From the human T2T-CHM13v2.0 reference genome, Homo sapiens: a stretch of 64,000 nucleotides of DNA. Positions 49,638 through 64,000 of the stretch are shown here, piece after piece. The position numbers were made by a program, and so were the translations under genes. The notes under the pieces were generated by a model. The model was not told where the DNA came from, did not search any database, and saw only the letters and a program-made list of their open reading frames with translations. The stretch is from NCBI RefSeq assembly GCF_009914755.1, contig NC_060930.1; one strand, 5' to 3'. Numbering within the stretch: position 1 is the stretch's first letter; each line of letters begins with the position of its first letter.

Positions 49638-49815
49638 CTACTGGGCCTTGTGATCATAGAGAATTCACAGTTAAGACTGATAACATTGAAATTATCTAGT
49701 GCTGTTAATTCATGGTTTTATGTCCCTATTGGGCCTCGTGATCATAGAGAATTCACAATTAAGACTGATAACATTGAAATTATCTAGTGCTGTTAATTCA
49801 TGGTTTTATGTCCCT
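49638..49815. repeat. 88-bp tandem duplication
   Basis: Two copies, 3 mismatches (49641/49729, 49649/49737, 49670/49758). Confidence 0.95.
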
Positions 49816-49953
49816 GACAAGTTGGCTCAGAATATGTAATATGTAACTCCTAGAGTTAAGAAGGAATATTGTAAGAGTGTGAACTGAGATGGAAGCCAAT
49901 ATCATCTGGATGGACAGTAATTCATATGTAATTGTGTTTTCACCTTTCTTTAG

Positions 49954-50037
49954 TGACTTTATGCCTAAGACCGTTGGAATTGATCCAAGTCCATTTACTG
50001 TGCGTAAACCAGATGAAACTGGAAAATCAGTATTGGG
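49954..50037 (+). CDS. FIG4: FIG4 exon 19 [27 protein letters not shown](G)
   Basis: tctttag|T GAC...TTG GG|gtaaga. Confidence 0.96.
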
Positions 50038-51697
50038 GTAAGATTTGTGTATAGAACGAAACTTTAAAGATTTGTGTAAAAGAATAGTACTTGCAATATT
50101 ATTTCCACCAAAAACTAATAACTTCAGGTCATATATAGTTTATTAATAACACTGGGATCACTAAGGTGTTCAATACTGAAAGTAGAATTTATGGGAGTTT
50201 CAGCAATACAGTGCATTTTATTGTTTTAAATTGGGAATATAACAGATGACATAAAGGCAGGTGACAGATATGATGTCTTATAAATAACTCAGCATTCTCT
50301 GTTTCCCAACATGAAATAGTTAAGTAAAAATTTGTATTTATTATATTTATTTTGTTGGCATCCTCAGTAACATAAAAGCAAATATACCCTGTTACGGAAC
50401 TTAATAGATTTTTCTGTGCATTGCTATAACATTATTTGGGGGAAGACTATTATTTTATTCAGTCCAGTAAAGAAGAAGATATACTGTGTTTGCATCTTCA
50501 TGCTTAAGAGACTGGAGTGAAATGTGTTGTTTCCTGGCATGAGAACCTCTTTCCCTTCCACTGACCTGCCTAGTCTCAGTGACAGATTTCTTCTAGACTC
50601 TGGCCACATACCCCAGCCAGACTGCAGATACAGAGTCCTAATTGTATGGAATCTTAATTGTATTCTAGCTATGTGTGATTTATCCAATGGGACATATATT
50701 GATATTTTCCAGAAACACTATTTCTGTGGCTTTTATATGTAGCCTTTAAATAGCTCATGTTAAGCCCTGACCAGATGCTATGAGGAATTTAAAAGAAGGA
50801 AGGTCTTCAGGAGTTTGGAATTCAGGGAATTCCCAGAACAAATAAGTAAATGACCAGCTATATTAGTGTGTGTCACAGAAACGTTACCAACTTTAATTTT
50901 TAGTTGCAAAAGGTCAGAGACTGCTTGTTTTCTGCAATATCTAACCCATGGTCACATAAAATTGCATTTTCCTTTCCTAGAACATTTCAAAATATTATGG
51001 TATTTTTAGCTCCTTATAGAGAATTTTTTAAAGAGTGAAATATTAAACATTTTTCATAAAGCAAAAAGTATTACTATAAATGGTTTTCTGAATTTAAAAA
51101 ACAGCATTCTTACTACTCTTCCAATTTGGCATTAAAATGAAAGTAAATACTTTTATAAGTGTAGGGTTTTCCCCCCTTCTATTCCCTACTATTAAAGGGA
51201 ATGTTCAGCAAATACACTTGTTTACTAATAACACAATAAAATTTAAAATGTAGTTTATGTTCATCAGTTGTTCATTATTTGGATACACTATGATTGATAA
51301 AAAATTTATAGGCGGGAGAGAAATATACATAGGTTTGGCTACCCACTTTTTCTTGGACCTTTTATGAGTTACAGCTAATTTTAATAATATCCCAAACATA
51401 CAGTCTTCTATAATTGTAGGGTAAGTTTTGAGAATATTGATATCAGTTACCAAAGGAAGGCATGGTAACCAAGTGGTGAGAAGATTTTTTCACGCTCTGC
51501 AAGTAATTTTCATTTATTTTTTGAATTTATAACAGGGCTTATATTCATATAAGGTCAGTGCATGGACATGGAGAAATATGAACCTTTTCCCTGTAGCACA
51601 ACCTGAATCCAGAAACTAGTGTCACAGTCATTTTCTTATGCTTCACTAGGCCTAAGGCTTTGGGACAGAGTGATAGACAGTGGGTGTTGAGGGTTAG

Positions 51698-52003
<306 letters not shown>

Positions 52004-52469
52004 TAAAAGGCTGAGAGCAAGAAAATGTCACATTATCTCACTGTTGTGTTTGAGGCACTGCATAAGATGAATACATTTAGCATTTACATGATTTTATTTC
52101 ATTTCAAAATAAAATTGGTGTTTTTGCTCGCATGTGTAATGGTGAATTTCTGATCCTTTCAGAATTTTCAAGTGAATTCTGGCCCTCTTTGATCAGCCCA
52201 TCCGCTTGAGGTCCATTTATTCTCTTACTGGGCACATTGTTGGATCACAGGATTTAGACGTGGCCTTCACAATCTTTGAATGGCTGCAATGGGAAATTCA
52301 TCCTGTTCAATTCAATATTACTGATAGATTGGGGGAAACAAATAGAAATAAGCAACAAAAGGACCAACTCTAGCTTTGGGGAAATTTGATTTCTAGAAAT
52401 ATCCAAAACTCATTTAGAAATGGATAAGGCAAATAAAAATGTGTTAATACAAGAGCTAAATCCATGTTC

Positions 52470-52697
52470 CAGAAGTTGGCAAACTATGACATATTGGCCA
52501 AATCCAGCCTGATGCCTTTTTTTGTAAATAAAATTACACTGGAATCCAGCCATGCCTGTTTGTGTTTACTCATTGTATGTGACTACGTTTGCACTATAAC
52601 AGCAGAGCTGAGTATTTGCAACAGAGACAGCATAACCCAAAAAAGTTTAAAATATTTGCTATCTGGCCTTTTACAGGATAAGGTTGCCAACTCCTGC
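52470..52697. mobile_element. MER58A-like hAT MITE
   Basis: TIRs CAGAAGTTGGCAAACT / AGGTTGCCAACTCCTG. Confidence 0.8.
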
Positions 52698-52788
52698 ATT
52701 ATACAAAAACACCTAGTAATTATTTAACAGCTTTTTAAAATCCTAGAATAAACTATTTTTAGCAGAAATGGAAATCAAAATTTTTTAA

Positions 52789-53025
<237 letters not shown>

Positions 53026-53095
53026 TGAGATACTTTCATGTAGATATTAAAGAAAAATGAATATTTATAATTACAGTAACTTCTAACTACTATAC

Positions 53096-53350
53096 CTTTT
53101 TTTTTTTTTTTTTTGGAGACAAGAGTCTTGCTCTGTTGCCCAGGCTGTAGTGCAGTGGTATGATCTCGGCTCCTGAGTAGCTGGGATTGCAGGTGCACGC
53201 CACTATGCCTGGCTAATTTTTTATATTTTAGTAGAGACGGGGTTTCACTGTGTTGCCCAGGCTAGCCTCAAACTCCTGAGCTCAGGCAATCCGCCCACCT
53301 CAGCCTCCCAAAGTGCTAAGATTACAGGTGTGAGCCACTGCGTCCAGCCT
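53096..53350 (-). mobile_element. AluS with internal deletion of about 50 bp
   Basis: ATCTCGGCTC joined directly to CTGAGTAGCTGGG. Confidence 0.88.
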
Positions 53351-55452
53351 AATATAACTTTTAAGAAATGAAAATAGTCAGCAATACAGAAGAAAATGAA
53401 TTCCACTTAAAATGCAGTTTCAGCATTGAGGCGGTCAAATTCTGAAACATTGATTTATATACAGAGTTAAAGTGCTAAATGCCTGAGACTCTGCCCCTCA
53501 ATGATAAAAATTTATGATGCATGCAGGTATCTGCACTGCTCATATGTAAACTACAAACCAAAGTACCAGTACATTCCTGCATTTCTAAATCCTCAAGATC
53601 AAAGTCCCTTCTCACAAAATAAATCTGGGATATTGACAAATGAGGACCTTGCATCACTTTAGGTCCTGGATGCTGGTGGGAGTGGTGACTGAGGAGGAAA
53701 AAGAAAACAGTAATAATAGGGTGCTAATTCACAATGTTATAGGCCTTTATTAGGCAAATCTAGTTGAAAGGAGGGGATACCCATAAGGCATTCCCTGAAA
53801 TCATGTGCATAATTTCGTGTGTATGTGTGTCCTTTTGAGAAGATAGATTTAGCAGATTCTCAAAAGAATCCTTCACTCAGAAATCCCCACGAACCTGATG
53901 AGAACATTGCAAACACCTCCTCAGCTTAATACATGGATTTAGAAGACTTGATTATTGCATATGAATACAGTTCCACTTATACAAATTTGTAAATGTGTCT
54001 GTAAAATGTAAATTGTATAATATAAAATGAGCACTGATCTTCAGTTATTTTTAAATGAGGGCATTTCATTTACAGAATCCATTGAATTAGATATTGTCAG
54101 CTTTTCATTTCAATTAATAAAAACTACTCTATAATATATAAAATATAAAATGCACAGCATTTCCTGACTGCCAAAGCAGCTCCTGTAACTTGCACTTTTT
54201 TGAATATGCGTCATTGACTGGAAGCCAATTTAGTCATCAGAGCACAGCCACACCCTCCTCACTCTGACACACAAACACACAGTACTTATTCATCATGGCT
54301 GTCAGAACTCTGTAGCCAAACTCTGTAGTAGTTGAAGTGGGCCTTTACAAACCATGTGGCCTGAAGAATGAATTATCTGAAGTTACTGACTGAGTAATAT
54401 GACTTTGTTTATTGCAGAGGGAATGAGTGTATGTGCCAAGGATTGAAGGGGTTACTTCAGGGGAGGGAGGAACCCATGTCCTAGAATAAAATTCTGTGTT
54501 TGATATTCTGAAGATAATACCTCCTTTCATTGTATAACAGTTTACACTGTTTTGTTTGTTCTTTAGGCAATTCTGTAGTAGATTAAAAAGATATTATCCC
54601 CTTTTATGGGCTAATAGCGCAGCAAGTAGAGCCATTTAGTGCCTTATCCAGGAGTCATATCCTGTGTTTCTGGGTACCGTGGGATTTTAGGCTGTTCCCT
54701 CCTTTTTGTTCTCTTGATCATAATCAGCTGCCTCTGCTTATGATGCAGACCTTGGGGGAAGGGGAGAAACGGGGCTGATCATTCTTTCCCTGTGAGTACC
54801 CCTTCCTGTGGGCACACTGCCCTTACTGCCTTGCCTGCCCTGGAATATCTCCCCTCTCCATCTGCCATGGGCATTGCAGTAGGCAGAGGAATCCTCCCTC
54901 CATCAGTATCTGTGGGGTAACTGTGCCAGAGGGTGACCAAGGGATGTTCAGGGACTGATTGGCACCCACTTTTGGCTCAGCTAGGCTCTGGAGCTTTCTT
55001 AGTGCCTCCTCTGATCCAAAGGGGAGAGTTTCAAGGCAGGGCTAGAGCCCAGGTAGTTCTGCGCTGAATTGGCAGGTGCCCCTGCCACCCCGTTTCTGCA
55101 CTCAGTTGGCTGGCTATGTTTGTGCACATAGTAGACAGTGACCTAGCCTGGCTTGCATGTAACAGCTCCCACCTGGCCTATCACAGAACCAGTGGAGAAG
55201 GGAAGCCACACAGCTAGAAGTGGTTTCCGCAGCCTGTCTTCCAGCTTCCCATTCTTCTGCCTGTTTTTCCTACCTTAGGCCTTGCCCACCTTTGGACGCC
55301 TAAGGATTTCTCGGTTTTGTAGTTTTTTTCTAATTGCTGAGCCCCGCTGTCTATGTCTTCCTTTTCCCTCACCTTTTCTAGTATCTTTGGTTTGCTATTT
55401 TACCAGACCTGAAAGCTTTCTACTTACTTCCTCAAAGCTTCATACACTTGCC

Positions 55453-55454
<2 letters not shown>

Positions 55455-55499
<45 letters not shown>

Positions 55500-55613
55500 A
55501 GACGGAGTCTCGCTCTGTCGCCCAGGCGGGACTGTGGACTGCAGTGGCGCAATCTCGGCTCACTGCAAGCTCCGCTTCCGGGGTTCACGCCATTCTCCTG
55601 CCTCAGCCTCCCG
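55455..55613 (-). mobile_element. 5'-truncated AluYb-lineage element, 44-nt A tail
   Basis: GGACTGTGGACTGCAGTGG duplication; TSD ACACTTGCCAGTTTTT at 55444 and 55614. Confidence 0.92.
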
Positions 55614-55931
55614 ACACTTGCCAGTTTTTAGAAAACTCTGGCAGTGATTGTACACCTGATTTAAGAAGTTTAAAGTTCTGTACAAATAATCAGTACTATG
55701 TGGCATTCTTCCCAAAAAATGGATCAACATTTTTTACTTGCTGAAGATATAAAGTTGGATAAAAGTAAGCTGTTTGAAAGTTTTTCTTTAGCACTGTAAT
55801 GATACAATAATTGGTAGTTTCTGTAACACTTTCTTGACCTTTAAAAAAGCTAATGAAAAACAAATGGTAAACTTTTCCATAGTCTTCAAAGAAAATACTT
55901 TTAAGTAGTTAAAAAAATGGAAAGGAAATAA

Positions 55932-56266
<335 letters not shown>

Positions 56267-57107
56267 TGGAAATCAGTTCTTCAGACCTGCCCTGTAACCT
56301 CCCATGGGCAAATTAGAACAAAACTACAAAACCGTATCCTTGAAGGAAAGACAGATCCATGCAGTCCAAGCAGGCTTCCAGCAGATATGCACTCCAGAAA
56401 GCTGCTGGGTATCCTCTCTGCCTGCTGAGTTGGCCCAGGCCATTTCCTCTGGCTCTTAGCTCAAAGCCTGCCTTAGTGCTGTTCAAGTCTGAGAAGTGCT
56501 GTTCAAGACCTTTCAGAAGAGGTCATATGGCCGTTGTGCTCATCAGTGGGTCTCCCCAACCTTGGTTGAAAGTGTTCCTCTTTGAAGTGGCTAGAGTACT
56601 TGGTGGGGGGATTCTTGTGGTCCAGAGGAAACCTAGTCTGTGGCCGGCTCTTAGCAGTGTCCCTGCTTCAGGAGGTGGATCCCCAGCCTGATCCTGCCCT
56701 TTCCACGTCACTTGTCTCACTGCCAGCACCATCCTGCATGCTTCCCCCCATGCTTCCTGCATTCCACGCATTAGATATTTGTCACCCTTAGATGTGTGAG
56801 GCTCTGCAAGATCATCTTCCTGGCTTCAGGAACATTTCTGTTCAAGTTCTGCACCATGTTTAAATTAATAGAAGTTCAATGGCATGCACATTTGATTTCA
56901 TTCTTTTATCCATGGTTATGACTTACATTTTAAGTAGAATCCCTTTTCCTACTTTTAACAAGCCCACTTTAAAATCAGGCAAAGTCTTATGTTACATACA
57001 GTACTCTTAGGTGTTTTTCTGAAATAAGCATACTACTGAAATTTGAAAGCTTACACCATTTTGTGTGATCTACTGAATTAATTGCAAGTACTCCCTTCTT
57101 TAGCTGA

Positions 57108-57218
<111 letters not shown>

Positions 57219-57659
57219 TAAGTACTAGATTAGATCTTTAAAGAAATCTTTGTATTCATGCCACTCATAGGGCTTTCTTTAAAGACTTTTTAAGAAAAAG
57301 ATTCACTCTTGTCACCAAATTAGTATAAGCACCAAAGTGTCTCCTTGTGGTACCTTACTTGAGGAAAACTGGGTCTCTGAGGGATAGGGAAGAGGTTGGC
57401 AGCCCTAATGGTCCTGAAATGCATCTTTGGAGGTGGGTTTGGCATTGTTGGAGGCTTCCAACCATGAACTCTGCCCTCCACTGGGTAGAAGTGGGATGGT
57501 GAAACAGCTCTGATCCTGGAGACATGCTCAAGTTTAATACAAGACCTTTGAGGATATGGATCGATTTGTCTCTTCTAGCTGTATATCCCCATCAGTTCTA
57601 ATAACTTGCTGTAAGTTAAACAGGTGTTTTGTGAAATCTTAAATAAACGGAACTATGTT

Positions 57660-57840
57660 CAAATCATACTACTTCCCAGTTTTTTACCTTGAGCAAATGA
57701 CTTAACTGCTGTGTTGTTGAGTTTCCTCATCTGCAAAAGGGAATAATAACACCTACTTTGTAGGACAGTGATGAGACTCAAATGAAATAATGTACACAAA
57801 GTGCTTAGAGTAGTGTCTAGAATACGTTCTGAAATAGTTG
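57660..57840 (+). mobile_element. MIR
   Basis: CCTTGAGCAAATGACTTAAC...TTTCCTCATCTGCAAAAGGGAATAATAACACCTAC. Confidence 0.75.
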
Positions 57841-57979
57841 TGATCACCATCATCATCCTCTTCATATTCATCATTATTGCCTGCTTGTTGGGACCTAACA
57901 AAGCAAAGGGTTGTGACCAGAAGAGGCTCCCTGATGCCGTATGCTCAGTTGAGTTGCTTCCATAAAATGGGTCACTGTG

Positions 57980-58285
<306 letters not shown>

Positions 58286-58476
58286 TCACTGTGGAAATTC
58301 AGTGAGGTAGTATATGTGAGGCATCTAGATCAGTGTCTGGCATACACTTGACATTTAGTAAATGTTCTCTTCCGTTTTCTTAGATCAGTTTTATCAGTTT
58401 GATCAATTAATTGTTTATTTGAATAGGTATTGATTGCCTAACTTCTCTGTGTCTCACATCTGCAGGTTCTTAATTG

Positions 58477-58525
58477 ATGGCTCACAGTAATTACTATTAG
58501 TAATGGCTCATAGTAATTACTATTA
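58477..58525. repeat. 26-bp period tandem duplication
   Basis: ATGGCTCA(C/T)AGTAATTACTATTA x2. Confidence 0.85.
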
Positions 58526-60329
58526 CAGTAATACAGCAAAAGCCTTTTAGAGAGTAGTAGCTGTGAGGATTTTGAGAATGGGATGGATCTGGAAAATAAT
58601 CTTAAGTGGTGAAATGGACAGAACTTGGATCCTGACTCAGAGAGTGGGGAACAAGAGGGTGTTATTAAGGATGACCCTTAGGTTTTTTGGTTTGTGTAAC
58701 AGTTTTGATTGATTCATGCATTCATTTGCCTACTCATTCAACACATAGGTATTGAATATGTCTGTGTTAGGACCATTTAAAGCTGCCATTCACTGAGGTT
58801 AGGAGCACTGCAAGAGGACCTGGTTTGCCTTTAATGTAGCATCAAAGTGGAGAAGTTTAGGAGACAGTTGGATCAACCAATCTGGAACTCAGAAGAGAAC
58901 CTGGGCTGGGGATGTAAATGCTCATGAGTAATAATGAAAGTCAAGGATAAGTTAAGGATGAGACTACCTAGGAAGCGAGACTACAGTGAGAACAGTCTGC
59001 AGCTGATCTTGGCAGGGATCTGGGTCTAATGGCTGAGACAGAGACATAGAAAAACCTGCAAGGGAAACAGAGATGGCTAATCAGAGAAGTGGAAAGAACC
59101 CCAGACCATATTTTATCACAGCCTTCAAAAATGCTGTTTATCCTTCTTTCTCTCCCCAACACTATTTTTTCTTTTTTTCCTCTTTTTTTTTTGTTTGGCA
59201 TATAAGCCCCTATTAATTTAGAGACCACTTTGTGTTGTTATAACTATTTAGCATATGGAACTATGGGCTCTCAAATGAATTGAAATAGATATGTCCAAGG
59301 AAGGAAACTATTTAAATGTGCTAGTAAAATAAGAGACTCTATTAACCAAATTGTATTATACAAAGTGATTATTCCACTAAAATAATATGATACAACTTAG
59401 GAGGAGATGATGAAATGAACATAGCATACAAAATAAAAACAAAACATTTCCCCCGTTTTCTTAACATTATTTCTGATTTGATCTGTAATTGATCTTACAG
59501 TTACTACTTGTGCATTCTTTTTCTTAAAATATTTAGTATTTGCCTGTGAGTCCTAGCACAGATGAAAACCACGTGGATCTAGAATTCTTTAACCTTTTCC
59601 ACTTAATTAGTAAAGAATCTGTCATAATGGTGTTTTTACACAGCATCTTCAGCAAGATAACAAAGAGCTTGGTAGCTCAGCATTACATTGTCATGGCAAC
59701 TGCCCAAGAATGTTTTTGGTGTTTTTGGGGTGTGTGTGTGTGCACGCACGTGTGCACAGGGACGTGCTTTAAATTGAAACTGTAGTCAGGTTCTTAAAAT
59801 GTCGACTATTCATTTTTAGATTTCTAAAGCTATGTCCAAACCAAGAGAAATTACATTTATTTGGGATTCTTGAAATTCTCCTCTTGCTATGTTTTATTTT
59901 CTAGTATATTTAAGAGTCATAATAAGTTCAAGTTCATACACATATGCATCTACCCATCTCTGGATAGTTCATAATCTTACTCAGTTTTTCTTGAAATCAT
60001 GAAGAAACCATTTTTTTCTTTTCTAAATATGAGATATTTATAACACCAAATGTAAAAAATATTGACAGTAAATAATTGGCAAGAAGCCAGTGGAACAGGG
60101 GCTCTTGAAATGAGCGTGCAGAGACATGAATGGGCAGCTGGACACTTTCAACCACGGTCTTGCAGGACTTTGCTTAGAAGTGGATGTTAAACCCCAAACT
60201 GGTCAATGTCTGTACTGTCAGCCCAGGCACCCTAAGCTGTAGTTTGTGTGAGTGGGACCCCTCCCTGTGAGTCATAACCACTCCCTGAGTGTAGGGGTGG
60301 TGATCAGGGAGAAAGGGCATCAGCCAACA

Positions 60330-60560
60330 TTGACCGAACACACTGTGTGATGGGCACTGTTCTGTGTACCATAGCCTGTTCTAAGTTCTCACAATAACCC
60401 TATAAAGTACATCTTATTATCATCTCCATTTTACAGATGGGGAAACTGAGGCACAGAGAAGTTATGTAACTTGCCCAAGGTGATACAGCTAGCAAGTAGA
60501 GGAACCAGGATTTAAACCCACACAGGATGGCTCCAGAGCCCATGATCTCCATCACTAAGC
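60330..60560 (-). mobile_element. MIR
   Basis: CCATTTTACAGATGGGGAAACTGAGGCACAGAGAAGTTATGTAACTTGCCCAAGG. Confidence 0.85.
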
Positions 60561-61513
60561 TATCAATGCCCGTTGTTGCCAGCTGCTTTCCAATCACTGG
60601 GGTAGCAATGCTGGATTATTAGCATTAACAGACCTCATTTTGGGCATCTGACATGACCTGGATTTTTAGACACCTCTATATTCAGAAATATTCAGAAATT
60701 CTAATATTTCTGCTCTGTCGATCTTGAGTTTTAAAAAATACTTAAGGAGAACATACCTTTATTCTTTCCTCAGTACCTAGCATACTGTCCCTAATGTAGA
60801 CACACTTAAGTTTCCTGGGCAAGCATACTTTGCTTGACTGATTTGGTAACATGGCATGGAGGTTGTTTAGCCACCACTGGAACAGTGTTGCTGACATTAT
60901 TGTAATCTTACAAGGTTATACATTTTTAGAGGGCAACCCATCTTTGTGTCTCTAGAACAGTAACTTAAATTGAGTGCTCAGTAAATATTTACTGAAATGC
61001 ACTGACTCTCATCCCCCATCACACCCATGACCATCAGGGCCTGGTTGAGGCCCCATGAGCATCCCTAGAATGCTCCCTCCATGTCCCACTGGTTTTCAAG
61101 GGGGCATCCTTGAACACTTTTTAGTTCTTTCTCTATTGTGTTTTTTCCTTATAAACCCTTTGCCCCTCCTGCTTTTTTGTTCCCCTACTGCCTTCTGAGA
61201 GAGAGAAAAAAAATAAGCACACCAAGTTGTTAGCATTTTTTCCCCTTTAGTCTGCCTCTACTGCACCTGTGACCAAATGCCAGGTGAGAAGGACTGGAGT
61301 GGCAAGACTTGCTGTGCCTGGCAGGCAGGTGCTGTGGGGCCAGGCAGTGATTCACTATATTCGTGCAAGACCAACACGTTCTCATTTTACACTCCTACCA
61401 GTTCTTGAGAGATTTTAACTAAGCCAATCAGTGGTAGGTTGAAAAGGCATGAACACATATCATTAGTGCTTGCTTTTCTATGGTTCACCTATTCTAGGAA
61501 TATGTCTCATTTA

Positions 61514-61946
<433 letters not shown>

Positions 61947-64000
61947 TTAGGACCATACGCTTGCATTTATCCCCTAAGAATCTCTCGTAAAAAGTGGTAT
62001 TCATTCAAGACTGGGTGAATGCCCCTCGGTGTGGGCTTCTACCAGGGGAAGTGTTTTACAGATCAGAGCATGCTGTTACACAGAATTAGAGCACTTCTTC
62101 ACACTGATGAGATGGGCATGACACAATGGCCATGATTAACTCAACTTCATTTACTTTTCATGATGTTAATTTTCAATAACACATTCTTCACATACAAGTC
62201 ACACCCAGGACCTCCCACCTCCATTGATTTCATCTGGAACTTTGTAGATACTGCTGTGGTCTCTGTGCAGCAAGCTGAATAAGTATTTCTGCCTTAATGG
62301 ATAATTCTTGTTATCTTTTCCAAACACCTGGAATACAGTCTTCAAACATTTAAGGATTAGAGCAGCTTGGAGGCAGTGATCAGTGATTAATCAGCTAATT
62401 CCCTCCACAGGCGGAGATAATAAGTGATAAGAGCTCCTCAGCCCAAGGAAACTGGGATGTGACCTCTCCTCTCACTCCAGGAATTACCAAGATAGGCTTT
62501 CTTCCTCTTTCGTCCTGACATTTACTTTCTTTTCTCTTTTCCTTTACCCATCTCTGACTTTTTCCAGATATCTTTTCTATTTCTAATTACCTCTTTCTCC
62601 CCTCCCCATTTATTTTTGCCTTCCTTTCGCTTTTCTTCTTTCCCCCTCACTGTCCTTTCTGTATCCCCTCCAGGGTATTTATAGCTCTAAAAAAATACAG
62701 TAATTACTCCCAAACACAAGTTCCTGCCATACATATTCTAGGTCAGTGTTTTTCGGACAATTCTGAAAATTAGTTGTGAAATTAATTTAGTAGGCCTATG
62801 CAGTGAAATGAAATAGCACTGAACTGAATATAAAGTATGACCACAAGGCACATATTATGAATAAGTCTTGTTTCATGAAACTTGTGTTTCTGTGCAAAAG
62901 TTTAGCATGTGTGTACCAGTTTGCCATGCAACATGTATTTCTTACTGTGAGTGACTTCACTGTTTGGATTTATATGAATGCATCTCTTCTGGATCCACAA
63001 GAATTAGAAAACTTAGCTCTGTTCCTGGCATCTAGGCACTTATTGTTTGTTGAATGAATGAAAGACATGTGAATGACTCCTGTTGGGGATAATTAGAAAA
63101 AGAGAAGAGGAGTAAGTGGTTTCTGTGATACATCCATAGTGGATAAAATAAATGCAGGCCTTGGAAAATAGGCTTCCATTATTTCCAGTGAATTGGGAGC
63201 TGGGATAAGCATGTGAGGGAAGAAAATAGTAAGAAGCTCCCAGCTGAAAGTCAAAATGAAAAAACCTTTTTTTTTGTTTTGTTTTTACAATTTAACATAT
63301 TGCCCGTTTTATTTTGGTGAGTACAAAGCATATCACGAACGAGAGCTTTCATGGGCTCATGTCAGAGCTTAGGTACCCCCTTCACATGGGGAGATGGTCC
63401 TGTTGCACCACTTTTGGAAAACCATACATAATTCTGTGTGTTTAATCCAAGGGACAGGTAGAAACAAGATCAGGAAGAGATGCTAAGGGAGAGAGTATTG
63501 CCTTTATCCTAAAAGCTCTGTTCTAATCAGGGGAGCGATAGGCTTACATTTGCGTTTTGGAAAGGTCACTCTGGAAGTAGTGTGGAGAGTGGATTAGAGG
63601 CAGGGCGATAAACAACATATCTGTTGGAAACATCAGGACAAGAAAGTGATTGGAGTCTGCTGTTGGCAGTTGAAATAGAGATGGGGTATTCTTTTACAAA
63701 GGTAGAATCTGTAAGTCTTCTCAAAACTTGTTAGTGGATTGGGTTTCAGGAATATTTGAGAGGCCAGGGGTTTTATAGCTTGGTTGACCAGCTATAGTGG
63801 CAAGTTGCCAGGATAGCAAATATACAACAAGGGCAAGTTTGGGGGCTAAGGTAGTGAGTTTCAGACAATAATGGGAAACCTAAGATGATATGTCTGGGCC
63901 TCAAGTGGTTTTAGATTAGAGAGATTCAATAATTTGGGTTTTCTCGGCTATTGATTTAAAAAGCAAGTAAGTTAAATTTCTTTTTTCTTTTTTTTTTATT

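Noticed and set aside
59729-59760. Alternating purine-pyrimidine near-palindrome (also 30390-30490 and 34565-34595)
   Set aside because: Ordinary decayed microsatellites with no further structure

Overview
Human genomic DNA covering the middle and 3' part of FIG4 (SAC3, PI(3,5)P2 5-phosphatase) on the + strand. Fifteen coding exons (8-22 by the cDNA numbering I recall) splice through GT-AG boundaries into one open frame that includes the catalytic CVDCLDRT (CX5RT) motif. The first exons and the last exon lie outside the window. Two AluYb8 insertions support a human origin. The rest is intronic and rich in repeats (L1, Alu, L2, L3/CR1, MIR, MaLR LTRs, Tigger/hAT MERs). The most unusual region is the 16.5-kb intron after exon 10, which holds a three-level nest: an old twin-primed L1 contains a 5.3-kb spliced L1 (SpIRE 97/976-type junction), which in turn contains a tailless 5S rRNA retrocopy. 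The same intron has a second twin-primed L1 that shares a nonsense codon and a frameshift with the first (likely gene conversion) and a tailless U2 snRNA retrocopy. The acceptor of the first exon in the window has a U12 (minor spliceosome) branch signature. Subfamily names and cDNA numbering come from memory of consensus sequences, not from a search.
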